Of a DNA stretch of 64,000 bases, positions 1-9,282 are shown piece after piece. The stretch lies in the IMG/VR virus record IMGVR_UViG_3300044991_001301, one strand, 5' to 3'. The position numbers were made by a program, and so were the translations under genes. Numbering within the stretch: position 1 is the stretch's first letter; every line of letters begins with the position of its first letter. The stretch comes from a virus. The notes under the pieces are model-generated. The model worked only from the letters and a program-made list of their open reading frames with translations, ran no database searches and was not told where the DNA came from.

Positions 1-55
1 GTTCAACTTTAGTATAATCACTTAAACTACACCCTGCAACAAACAATTTTTTCAT
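1..55 (-). CDS. SGNH-like (GCS motif) hypothetical protein, 5' part only (runs off window start)
   Basis: Manual translation from ATG at 55 gives MKKLFVAGCSLSDYTKVE..., with the same GCS motif as the neighbouring 83..892 protein. Confidence 0.6.
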   Translation of the reverse strand, partial: MKKLFVAGCSLSDYTKVE

Positions 56-82
56 ATATTATCCATTTTATTTACTTTATAA

Positions 83-892
83 TTAAAAGATACTTTTTTG
101 TTTTTCTCTTCTCTCACTATTCATATTACCAAATGTACTATGTAGATCATCTTGTGTTTTTACTTTAGATAGTAACTTCATTGATTGTTCTGCATATGTC
201 CTTGATTTATCTGTTAATGGTAATCCTATTTTATTAAGATAATTATAATAATTCAACGGGTGCGGATGATAGTCGTGAAATAACTCAGTCTCGCCCGATC
301 TAATGTACATATGTCCATATTGAAATTCTCCTCCTAGTTCTAAATCTAATAATGCCGGTGGTGTGATAGTGATAGTATCTGTGTATACATTTAATATCTC
401 ATTTACTGTGGGCTGTAGATTATCATTCATATCCATCTGATAATGGTACGGGACACTGGCTAGGGTGAACGAGTCACTAACTAAGTTATCAAGATAGTTA
501 CTAGTAAGGGTGATTATTGCCAAGTCTCTCAATAGATAACCTTTGGGATCGCAGTGTTCCTTCACAAATTTTTCGTTATACACCTGTTGAGTATAGATAT
601 TGCCAACGCTCATCCATGACCCGTGTTTCCATCTATCCTCTCTGCAAAAGGTAGTCCACATGGGAATTATTAAATCAGTATCATTGAATTTATATCTGCA
701 ATTGACCTCGACTATTCGGTTGGATATCATTGAATTTCCACTACCGCTATGTCCGAAATTATAAAATTCAGCAGTAGGCATTTCTTTATGCAAAATATTG
801 GCCCAAGTAGGCCAGGCATATGCAGTGAAACTACATCCAAATGCGAAAAATCTTTTATATTTACTAAAATCTATCTCTTTAAAATTTAACAT
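83..892 (-). CDS. SGNH-hydrolase-like protein (putative esterase/acyltransferase)
   Basis: FAFGCSFT (block I-like), NFGHSGSGN (block II-like) and C-terminal DYHP (DxxH-like). Confidence 0.55.
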   Translation of the reverse strand: MLNFKEIDFSKYKRFFAFGCSFTAYAWPTWANILHKEMPTAEFYNFGHSGSGNSMISNRIVEVNCRYKFNDTDLIIPMWTTFCREDRWKHGSWMSVGNIYTQQVYNEKFVKEHCDPKGYLLRDLAIITLTSNYLDNLVSDSFTLASVPYHYQMDMNDNLQPTVNEILNVYTDTITITPPALLDLELGGEFQYGHMYIRSGETELFHDYHPHPLNYYNYLNKIGLPLTDKSRTYAEQSMKLLSKVKTQDDLHSTFGNMNSERREKQKSIF

Positions 893-894
893 TT

Positions 895-2016
895 TTAATT
901 TAACCTCGTAATAAAATTGGTTTTTTGTACAAGTGTCTGTAAATTATGTCGGCATATTTCTACGGTCCCCTTCAAAAAGTCACGCAATTCTTCAGGGCTC
1001 AAATAGGATAAACGTTTTATTTCTTTTACAATTGTTAACAACCGTTCAGAGTCATCCTCTATGCTATCATATGATTCGTCAATATATGGTTCGAAGGTTT
1101 TGTACCCCAACTCAGTTAGCAGTTTCATTGAATGTGGTCTGGATACCATCATAAAGGGGTGCAGCATCAGTATAGATTTAAATACTTTCTCGCTTAGAAA
1201 TCGGCCTGGTGTGCGAGCATAATAATTGGTTTCAGACACCACGCTGAAATAACTATCATTGTACAAATATCTAGTTTTAGTTGAGTATTCAGCCTGATTA
1301 GTTTCTAAATCAGTAGTGTCTAAATACATGGGTGGCAGTGAGCGTATTTTGTTACCGTATACTTGTAATATGTTGTTGATTTCCACATTGTGATACACTG
1401 TTAAATCATACCATATACTATCCCACGTGTTTCCTTCAACCGGCACCAAGCTCACGTGGCCCTTATCTAATAATTTATTAGCACATAGTAACGCTACTAG
1501 TGCAGGCCGATGTAACCGCCATCTTCTATTAAAATTTAAAAAAGACTTGGTAAATGAGGTGTTTTTCAAGTTAGTAGAGTTAATATTCGCCACGTACCAT
1601 GGCGAATGTCGCATTCCACCCCACTCGAAAATTCTAGTATACACTGTCTTAATTTCATCCATTTGAAGCCTGGTAGCGACCGTTTTAACTTCGGCTAATA
1701 TGTCCGCTGATTCACTTAGGAACAAAATTTTAGCAGCAGGAATTGCCAATTCAATTACCGCCCGTTGATATATTTCAGTAACAATGTCATGGAAGGATTC
1801 ATGGCTATTACACAATATCAAATGCACATTGCCATTCACTATCCTATCTAACATGTTTTCAGGAGTTAAACATTCTACTAATTTACCGAGGGACTGCAGG
1901 AATTCTACGTATACGTAGTCGTGGTCATCAAACGGTGCCAATTCGTGATATGCCGTTACCCCTCGGATATCAACAATATCATTGTTTATATAGTATACAT
2001 TTTTATTTAAAATCAT
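895..2016 (-). CDS. Glycosyltransferase-like protein (GT-B, GT10/fucosyltransferase-like C-terminus)
   Basis: Motifs FSVVSET, FLSEKVFKSI, HPF, GYKTF, IDESYD. Start reassigned to ATG 2016 because it follows an ATAAATA promoter and avoids overlap with 2063+. Confidence 0.6.
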   Translation of the reverse strand: MILNKNVYYINNDIVDIRGVTAYHELAPFDDHDYVYVEFLQSLGKLVECLTPENMLDRIVNGNVHLILCNSHESFHDIVTEIYQRAVIELAIPAAKILFLSESADILAEVKTVATRLQMDEIKTVYTRIFEWGGMRHSPWYVANINSTNLKNTSFTKSFLNFNRRWRLHRPALVALLCANKLLDKGHVSLVPVEGNTWDSIWYDLTVYHNVEINNILQVYGNKIRSLPPMYLDTTDLETNQAEYSTKTRYLYNDSYFSVVSETNYYARTPGRFLSEKVFKSILMLHPFMMVSRPHSMKLLTELGYKTFEPYIDESYDSIEDDSERLLTIVKEIKRLSYLSPEELRDFLKGTVEICRHNLQTLVQKTNFITRLN

Positions 2017-2065
2017 TGTTGAATATTTATGAGGTAGACAATGTTCTAATAAATATTCAACAATG
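2014..2065. promoter_or_regulatory. Perfect 17-bp inverted repeat carrying two divergent late promoters and start codons
   Basis: cattgttgaatatttat (2014-2030) and ataaatattcaacaatg (2049-2065); each arm reads ATAAATA-TTCAACA-ATG. Confidence 0.75.
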
Positions 2066-2968
2066 GCGAAAACAGTGTTAATTATAGGAGGGAACGGGTA
2101 CATAGGATCTAGGTTAATACATGATCTGTGTTCAGTATTCCAGATTGAGAGTGTAGATATTTGCTGGTTTGGGAAAAACTTGGACACCAGTGTGGTGCAA
2201 GATTATAATACTCTCACAAAAAAATATATCAGCAAATTTGATGCTATAATTTTATTAGCTGGCCATAGTTCTGTTAAAATGTGCGAGGGGCCACTCACCT
2301 CCAGCTTTAATAACAACATTAACAACTTTATTGACTTAGTTGCTAAAATAGATAAAAAACAAACATTAATCTATGCTAGCAGCGGTAGTGTATACGGAAA
2401 CTCAACTACAAAGTCAAATGAAGATGATACGTTAATTTTTAAACCGATAAACAACTATGATTTGACCAAATATACACTTGATACCCATGCTATCCGTTAT
2501 ATAGGCCTAGGCTATAATATTATCGGGTTTAGATTTGGCACCGTTAACGGATGGAGCCCTAACGTTAGGGAAGAGTTGATGATCAATTCAATGACTAAAA
2601 AATCTATAGAGGATAACGTGATACTGATTAACAATGTAGACATAGTTAGGCCAATATTGGGCATTGCGGATATTAGTAGGGCAGTTCACGCCGTCATTCA
2701 GAATCCCGCCGCGGGCATATTTAATCTAGCCAGTTTTGCTGATACAGTTAAAAATATTAGTTGTGCAGTGAGCAAGGTAACTGCAGCACCTATAAGACTA
2801 CAGCCCGATCAGATCGGTTCTTATAATTTTATAATGGATACACATAAATTTCAACAGGCGTACAACTTTAAGTTTAATGAATCAATAGATTCAATTGTAA
2901 ATGATGTAATATCAAACATAGACCAAACCACCTTTAGTAATAGAAATCAATTTATCAAATATGAATAA
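2063..2968 (+). CDS. NAD-dependent NDP-sugar epimerase/dehydratase (extended SDR)
   Basis: GGNGYIG Rossmann motif, YASSGSVYG, YDLTK (YxxxK), RFGTVNG. Confidence 0.9.
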   Translation: MAKTVLIIGGNGYIGSRLIHDLCSVFQIESVDICWFGKNLDTSVVQDYNTLTKKYISKFDAIILLAGHSSVKMCEGPLTSSFNNNINNFIDLVAKIDKKQTLIYASSGSVYGNSTTKSNEDDTLIFKPINNYDLTKYTLDTHAIRYIGLGYNIIGFRFGTVNGWSPNVREELMINSMTKKSIEDNVILINNVDIVRPILGIADISRAVHAVIQNPAAGIFNLASFADTVKNISCAVSKVTAAPIRLQPDQIGSYNFIMDTHKFQQAYNFKFNESIDSIVNDVISNIDQTTFSNRNQFIKYE

Positions 2969-4175
2969 TACCATAATCAATCACGTGTGTCTAGCCTGCG
3001 GCAGTAATAAGATAAGCTTAGCCCTTGACTTGGGTCAGCAACCACTTGCCAATAGTTATTTGGCTAACAAAGATAGCCTTGAGGTTACCTATCCATTGGG
3101 TGTTAACTTATGCAGCTACTGTTATCATTTACAATTACTAGTAACGGTTGACCCAAAACTTATTTACCAAAACTATTTGTATGTTAGTGGTACTAGTAAA
3201 ACATTAAAAGATTATTCAGACTGGTTTGCCGGGTACGTGCAAGAAAGTACGAACAAGTTAACTAACTGTGTGCTAGATATCGGGTGTAATGATGGTACCC
3301 AATTAGATAGTTTTAAGGCGCTAGGCTATCATACCTACGGGGTTGATCCAGCTGAAAACATATACCCGACTAGTTCCGCTAACCATATAGTATTATGCGA
3401 TTTTTTTGGGTCTAATAGTGTAGCATCATTGATGAGCACCAGCTATGATGCTATTACTGCGCAGAATGTTATGGCACATAATCCCGACCCCTATTCTTTT
3501 TTAAAAACGTGCAGGCAGCTGATGAGCGATCACACCTTATTGTTCATTCAGACCAGTCAAGCTGATATGGTATTGAATAACGAGTTTGATACCATATACC
3601 ATGAACACGTTAACTTCTTTAATATTAATAGTATGAAGCGTTTGGCGGAAAGAACAGGTCTAAATCTCATTGATGCTATTAAAACCCCCATTCACGGGAA
3701 TAGCTATGTGTTTGTATTAAGTAAAACTATAGAAAGTCCATTCAACATACAAAATAAAATTAAAATGGAGCAATTGTTGTACAATGCAAATACATACACT
3801 CAGTGGAAAAATAATATCAAGAGCAATATGACAGAGTTGAAACACACTATTCTTAAGTATCAACAACAAGGGTACAAGATTGTGGGGTATGGTGCTGCGG
3901 CGAAGGGCAATACGCTATTAAATTTCATTGATGTTAAATTAGATTTAATCATAGACGACAATAGTTTAAAACAAAATCTATTCACCCCGGGTACACGTGT
4001 TCTTATTACAGGACCACATGAGATTTTAAAGTTTAGCACTGATGATAAGATCGTATTCATGCCATTAGCTTGGAATTTCTTCTCAGAAATAAGCACTAGG
4101 ATAAAGAGTATCCGCGATATGAAACAAGATGTTTTCTTAAAATATTTTCCAAAGGTAGAAATAATAAATGTATAA
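2961..4175 (+). CDS. NDP-hexose C-methyltransferase (SAM-dependent, Zn-binding N-domain)
   Basis: CLAC...LDLGQQPLAN...CSYC, LDIGCNDG, FDTIYHEH, GYGAAAKG and LAWNF, typical of the TcaB9/TylC3-type family. Confidence 0.9.
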   Translation: MNNTIINHVCLACGSNKISLALDLGQQPLANSYLANKDSLEVTYPLGVNLCSYCYHLQLLVTVDPKLIYQNYLYVSGTSKTLKDYSDWFAGYVQESTNKLTNCVLDIGCNDGTQLDSFKALGYHTYGVDPAENIYPTSSANHIVLCDFFGSNSVASLMSTSYDAITAQNVMAHNPDPYSFLKTCRQLMSDHTLLFIQTSQADMVLNNEFDTIYHEHVNFFNINSMKRLAERTGLNLIDAIKTPIHGNSYVFVLSKTIESPFNIQNKIKMEQLLYNANTYTQWKNNIKSNMTELKHTILKYQQQGYKIVGYGAAAKGNTLLNFIDVKLDLIIDDNSLKQNLFTPGTRVLITGPHEILKFSTDDKIVFMPLAWNFFSEISTRIKSIRDMKQDVFLKYFPKVEIINV

Positions 4176-4518
4176 GTTTCCCGTTATTGAGTTAGTAGAC
4201 CGCTATTGTATTGCCAAGTTAAAATTTGCAAAACTTGGCACCAATAAAGAAGAACTAGATTTCTACACTGAGCAACTACACGATATTGATTTTGAACTAA
4301 TTAAAGAAGAATTAGATCAACTCTATGAAGTCCATCGCCGAGTATGGGACTTAGAGGATGACTTTAAAAAGTACCGCGTTGAAAAAATGTATGACTTGGC
4401 TGAAGTTGGTAGGCGCGCCCTAGCGTGCCGTGATATTTTAGAAGAGCGTTATACATTGAAGAATAGTATGGCAGAGAAGTTGAACGACCCCGTGAGAGAA
4501 ATTAAGCGGTACGGTTAG
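4168..4518 (+). CDS. Small helical hypothetical protein (DUF6165-like)
   Basis: ELVDRYCIAKLK...VWDLED...ERYTLKN...EIKRY pattern; overlaps the end of the methyltransferase. Confidence 0.55.
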   Translation: MYKFPVIELVDRYCIAKLKFAKLGTNKEELDFYTEQLHDIDFELIKEELDQLYEVHRRVWDLEDDFKKYRVEKMYDLAEVGRRALACRDILEERYTLKNSMAEKLNDPVREIKRYG

Positions 4519-5650
4519 TATAAGAGTCGATGCGTTGAACAATTGATTTCAAGAACAAATCCGCATGCGGAGCATCGCGGTTCAAGTTAAATAGCTCTCT
4601 AATTTCTGAGGGGATGGATGTCGCGAAAGTAAGTGCTAGTTGTTTGTTATATTGCAGTTTATTAACCAATGAATTATAACTTATTCTCAATTCGTCAACC
4701 GATAATTTAGATATCTTTTTAATATTTTCAGCTATCCCCTCACATCGTTCTTCTACAGTATATGCATCATCAAATGAATAATCAAATATTTCATCATATA
4801 ATTTAAACCCCAATTTTTCTAAGTTTTTATGATAGCCCGGTGCAGCAATTGCTAAAAATGGTTTCATTAATAATAAGGCAGTCGGGGTCTTTTCTGAAAT
4901 AAAAACGGGGTCGCAATATGTTTCTGTTATCAGATGCATAAACGTGTACTCATATTCAATCGGTACTTTACCTCTATAATAGAATGTTTCTCCATCGACA
5001 GCATCAACGTCTAAACGAATAATTTTAGGTATCCAATATTTATATCGGTATCCAAAAGAGGAGAAGGTTTCTATTTGTAACTCCTCGCTGGTTTTCATGT
5101 GAGTTCCATTTTGTAGCCAAGACACTGCGCCGTACCCTAATAGGTTGTGTTTGGCTAAGGTGTCAATCATTTTAACTTTATGAAGATGAGGATGATTGTT
5201 CAAGCATATATAATGATAATTTCTATTACGATGTTGCCCTACTAAGAAGTTGTAATTTGTTAGATATTTACGGAATTCATCTTGTTTAGTAGATTCATCT
5301 AGATTAGTATTAGTAATAGTGCCGGCTAGGATTGTGTTCCATAAGTCAGTAAACCAATAGGTGTCCCAAAAGATAATTTTTAAATTAACTCCTATACTCA
5401 AATCGTTAATAAGAGTTTTTTCATAAGTGGTCAAGTTATTATTTAGAATAAGGTATACCGGGATGTTTAACGGAGCAGCGTATGATATAAAACGTGTCAA
5501 TAAAGTATATGCTTGCCCGGTGGCGTCCCATTGTAATGGCTCTAACTGCCCAAAGTATATTGCACATGTGGCGGGAGCGCAAGTAGATTCGCTATATTTT
5601 AATTGCTCATCAAACAGGTCGGGGCGCCAAACGTTTGCAGTGATAATCAT
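4502..5650 (-). CDS. Glycosyltransferase-like protein (GT10-like paralog)
   Basis: LITET, FISEKT, KPF, GFKLYDEIFDYSFD. Likely start MIITANVW at 5650; the ORF track start 5704 overlaps a gene remnant. Confidence 0.55.
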   Translation of the reverse strand: MIITANVWRPDLFDEQLKYSESTCAPATCAIYFGQLEPLQWDATGQAYTLLTRFISYAAPLNIPVYLILNNNLTTYEKTLINDLSIGVNLKIIFWDTYWFTDLWNTILAGTITNTNLDESTKQDEFRKYLTNYNFLVGQHRNRNYHYICLNNHPHLHKVKMIDTLAKHNLLGYGAVSWLQNGTHMKTSEELQIETFSSFGYRYKYWIPKIIRLDVDAVDGETFYYRGKVPIEYEYTFMHLITETYCDPVFISEKTPTALLLMKPFLAIAAPGYHKNLEKLGFKLYDEIFDYSFDDAYTVEERCEGIAENIKKISKLSVDELRISYNSLVNKLQYNKQLALTFATSIPSEIRELFNLNRDAPHADLFLKSIVQRIDSYTNRTA

Positions 5651-5666
5651 TTGCCGATGCCGTCTA

Positions 5667-5804
5667 TCAACTAGCACTCCCGAGTGCCAATGTTTTAAGT
5701 TCATATTCTAGTTTTTTTGAAACTATTTCTGAAAAATGTTTTTCAGTGATTCTAACACTAGGAGTTAAAAAACTATCCCTACATACGTATAAAATTTTTT
5801 TCAT
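5667..5804 (-). pseudogene. Truncated SGNH-like gene remnant (45 codons)
   Basis: Manual translation MKKILYVCRDSFLTPSVRITEKHFSEIVSKKLEYELKTLALGSAS*. Resembles an SGNH N-terminus with GDS changed to RDS; TAATG-coupled to the upstream gene. Confidence 0.55.
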
Positions 5805-7027
5805 TAGTTTAATCTAGTTATATAATTATTATTTAATAATAAGTTGTCATAATTAAATTTACATATTTCTTTAACATTATTTAAAAATTCAGTCAATTCT
5901 AATGGGGATAACTCACATAATCTTTTTATCTCTGTTGCTATCATTATCATTCTTGTAGAATCATCAGTTACAGCGTCATACCGTTCATCAATATATGGAC
6001 TAAATGTTTTATATCCCAACCCTTTTAATAAAGCTAAAGTATGTGGTCTTGCTGTTATAATAAAGGGATGACGATAAGCAATAGGTTTAAATGTTTTCTC
6101 ACTTAGTAATCTTCCTGGACCAGAATATCCGCCATATGGTCCGGTTGCTAGTGCGTTTGTTTCAGTTATTACACTAAAATAGGTATCGGTATATAGATGA
6201 TCGACATTGGAATTTATATAAGCCAGATCCCCGAGACCAGTAGTGTGTTCATCTAACACTATTCTACCTATTTTTTTTATTTTCTCACTATTATCTTCTA
6301 ATAATTTTAAAATTTCTGCATCATTTTTATGTAATTCTATAATTGCCCATAATAAGTAATCCCAATTAGGGACTACATCGTATGCCCCTATACTTATATG
6401 ACCACTATCTAACAAATTCATTGAACACAATAATGCTAATATGCTAGCGCGATGTTCTCTTGAAACCATGTTACGATTAAATGATAGGAACTTTTTATCA
6501 TACTTTTTATCCACAAGTGTGGTGGCCACTGGCCACTTCAAGTGGTTGCCACTCAGTGCCATCACCTGCTGCTTGGCATTATATTCAAATTCTCGCATCC
6601 ATTCAACTTTTATATGACCAACCTTATATTTTTCGCTTACGATTTCTACTTCTTTAAGTATATCAGGTGATTCACTTAATAATATTATTTGGCCAGGATC
6701 TACATTTCCTCTTAGTATTAAACTTTGATATAATCCTTCAACGATTGAGTGGTATGCCTCATGAGAGTTTGCTATTAATAAAAATAGTTCTTTATTCCAT
6801 ATCCGACGCAATATCGAAAGTGGGATAACTGTTTCTACGGGATATGATTCGAATGAATTACCATGGAAAATATCAATATACCAATAATCTCTATCACTAA
6901 AATCACGTAAATTGAATATAATAGTTCCGTGTACCGTTTTACATTTTGGCGGAGTCCAAAATGTAGAACCAACTGGTTCTAGACTAGTTTCTATGCGATA
7001 GTACGAATCTGTATTAAGTATTGCCAT
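5804..7027 (-). CDS. Glycosyltransferase-like protein (GT10-like paralog of 895..2016)
   Basis: KKFLSFNR, YFSVITET, LSEKTFKPI, HPF, GYKTFSPYIDERYD; ends ITRLN like 895..2016; likely start MAILNTDS at 7027. Confidence 0.6.
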   Translation of the reverse strand: MAILNTDSYYRIETSLEPVGSTFWTPPKCKTVHGTIIFNLRDFSDRDYWYIDIFHGNSFESYPVETVIPLSILRRIWNKELFLLIANSHEAYHSIVEGLYQSLILRGNVDPGQIILLSESPDILKEVEIVSEKYKVGHIKVEWMREFEYNAKQQVMALSGNHLKWPVATTLVDKKYDKKFLSFNRNMVSREHRASILALLCSMNLLDSGHISIGAYDVVPNWDYLLWAIIELHKNDAEILKLLEDNSEKIKKIGRIVLDEHTTGLGDLAYINSNVDHLYTDTYFSVITETNALATGPYGGYSGPGRLLSEKTFKPIAYRHPFIITARPHTLALLKGLGYKTFSPYIDERYDAVTDDSTRMIMIATEIKRLCELSPLELTEFLNNVKEICKFNYDNLLLNNNYITRLN

Positions 7028-7028
7028 A

Positions 7029-7991
7029 TTAAATAAATTTAGGGATAATAATGTCAGTACCACAGTGACAATGTTCTTTGTTACAAGTAATTTGTTTTGG
7101 GCCGGCTCTAGAAATATCTTTTAAAATATGACCCACATTGCCACCCATACCGCAACTTGCTAAACTCATCTCACCGACAGGATTAATAAAAATAGCATCA
7201 CCTACATTGCATTTCCATCCGCTAAAGAAGTTATTTCCTGCAACAATGACTTCATTACTATTACACACTTCAGTATGCATATCATCATACTTGGTGTAGC
7301 TAACCGTGTAATTCGTTCTTTTGTCTGGTTTAGGTTTAGACTGGTGGTGTTCCGACGTACATTCGTTAATGAACTTGGTTTTGTCTGGGTCAGTGTAATG
7401 CCAGGGGCCGGCATTTACACTCATCTCATCAAATAGTGGAGTCCATTCTAAAAAGTAATTTGGCATTACTGTTTTTAAATGCTTACCAAACTCTACTACT
7501 TCCCAAAATCTTTCTTCGTGCAACAACATCTTAGTGGCCAAGTAGTTTACCTTGTCACACAAGAATATGCTGTTTTCTTCATAGCGTTGTTTATCTGCAA
7601 ACTCCACGTGGAAACTAGCAACAACATCATCAAATAAATGATAATTCTTTTCCCACCACTTTAGAGGACGACTTAGGTTGGTATTGACTGCTAATGTAGC
7701 ATGTGGTAATTCGGTGTACAACCATTCACAAATTGGTATAAAGTTGCGCCAGGCTGTGGGTTCACCTCCACTAAAGAAAAACTTAAAGTTTTTGTATCCC
7801 ACATCCTTGTATCGGTTAATGATAGTTTCTAGATTTTTTATGTACAAATCTGTGTTGCCATCATTAATATCAGTGCCTCCCCAATTGCCAGGGTTACAGT
7901 AACTACACCTGAAGTTACAATAATTTGAAACTTGCCAGGTAACCGCTAGATACGGCTCAGGTGCTTCTATTGCGATTAGCTTTCGGCCCAT
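7029..7991 (-). CDS. Radical SAM protein with C-terminal Cys-rich (Twitch-like) domain
   Basis: CNFRCSYC (CxxxCxxC), SGGEP, C-terminal C...SC...CNKEHCHC. Confidence 0.9.
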   Translation of the reverse strand: MGRKLIAIEAPEPYLAVTWQVSNYCNFRCSYCNPGNWGGTDINDGNTDLYIKNLETIINRYKDVGYKNFKFFFSGGEPTAWRNFIPICEWLYTELPHATLAVNTNLSRPLKWWEKNYHLFDDVVASFHVEFADKQRYEENSIFLCDKVNYLATKMLLHEERFWEVVEFGKHLKTVMPNYFLEWTPLFDEMSVNAGPWHYTDPDKTKFINECTSEHHQSKPKPDKRTNYTVSYTKYDDMHTEVCNSNEVIVAGNNFFSGWKCNVGDAIFINPVGEMSLASCGMGGNVGHILKDISRAGPKQITCNKEHCHCGTDIIIPKFI

Positions 7992-9280
7992 GCATATACC
8001 TCTTTAAGTTCTGGAACAACATCTACCAACTTCTCATTTCTAAATTCATCTAGCTCATCATTGAACTTTTTAAACTCTAGAATGCCACCTTTATTTTCAT
8101 ATGATATCGCATTTTTTCCTGCGTACTCAAAATGCCCACTTTTTAGTGCTTGCTCAATAACTTTAAACCCATCTGATATCTCTCGATGGTAAGAATATTT
8201 TTTAATATATTCTTGATATAATGCTATCAAGCGTGTTTTGACAAAATCTGGCAGTATCATCACATTGGCATACCATGGATTAGTTGCTAGGTTAAATCTA
8301 GGGCTTGACTTGTCGTCTATCAGTCCTTCTGCGAGTAAGTTATCAAAAAATTTAGGGAAACTAAACACGTTCCAACTACTAATAGTAGGTGTGATTTGAA
8401 ACTGAGCGTGTGGAACTTGTTCTTTAAGCGTTTTAATATTCTTTACTACACGCTGCCAATCAGTACCCTTGCGAATCACTTCTGCTACTTGCCCTTCAGC
8501 ATCTAAGCTAGCCCATATTTTAAGTTGCGGGAACTTACTCCAGTAACCAATCAAGTCTTTATCTTTGTATTTCAACGAACTAAAATTAGTTGTATAGGTG
8601 AGTTCAACCTGATCGGTTAACCCATTCTCAATCCAATAGTCTAAGCATTCGTAATGTTCAGGGGTTATAATGATTTCGCCACCTGCAAAATAAACTTCTA
8701 ACACATCTTTTAAATATGGTTTCAACTTATTCATAAACCCCATTTCTGCTGTTGAGTTTATTACAATCTTTCGAGTTTTAAAATATTCTTCATAAACATC
8801 AACGCCACGTTCATCAACCATCTCTTGTGCCCACAGACTACTGCATCCTGGACCACAGCTACGGCACTTCATATTACACATATTACTAAAACGCAGGTCC
8901 ATGTATTTCATCTGAAATTCTGATAGAGTCCCGTCAGTGGCTGTATTTTTTGAAATCATATCTACATATTCAAGCCCTCTGCGTTTATTGTGACTTTCAC
9001 GCATTGTCCAAGTGCCCATGGTCTCTAAATCATAGCACCTCTTACACGCTTCAACGGGTTCATCATTAAGCATTGATGTACGCATTTTCTTGTAAGCTTC
9101 ACTATTCATCATTTGGATGATAGATTCGTCGTTCTTAATATCCGCGACTGGTAAATTACTATCAGCTACACAACAAGGCATTACCCTACCATCTGGCCAA
9201 GAGTGAAAATGCACCCAAGGCAAAACACAAAAGTGTTTGCCCTTTCTAACTAAGTTTTCTACTACGATTGGGTCTTGCAT
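7976..9280 (-). CDS. Radical SAM protein with N-terminal Twitch/SPASM-like domain
   Basis: FCVLPW...PCC...CKRC N-terminus, CNMKCRSC, AGGE. Confidence 0.9.
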   Translation of the reverse strand: MQDPIVVENLVRKGKHFCVLPWVHFHSWPDGRVMPCCVADSNLPVADIKNDESIIQMMNSEAYKKMRTSMLNDEPVEACKRCYDLETMGTWTMRESHNKRRGLEYVDMISKNTATDGTLSEFQMKYMDLRFSNMCNMKCRSCGPGCSSLWAQEMVDERGVDVYEEYFKTRKIVINSTAEMGFMNKLKPYLKDVLEVYFAGGEIIITPEHYECLDYWIENGLTDQVELTYTTNFSSLKYKDKDLIGYWSKFPQLKIWASLDAEGQVAEVIRKGTDWQRVVKNIKTLKEQVPHAQFQITPTISSWNVFSFPKFFDNLLAEGLIDDKSSPRFNLATNPWYANVMILPDFVKTRLIALYQEYIKKYSYHREISDGFKVIEQALKSGHFEYAGKNAISYENKGGILEFKKFNDELDEFRNEKLVDVVPELKEVYAWAES

Positions 9281-9282
9281 TA

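Noticed and set aside
2017-2187. N-terminal extension of the 895..2187 ORF
   Set aside because: It overlaps the epimerase on the opposite strand; ATG 2016 follows a late promoter
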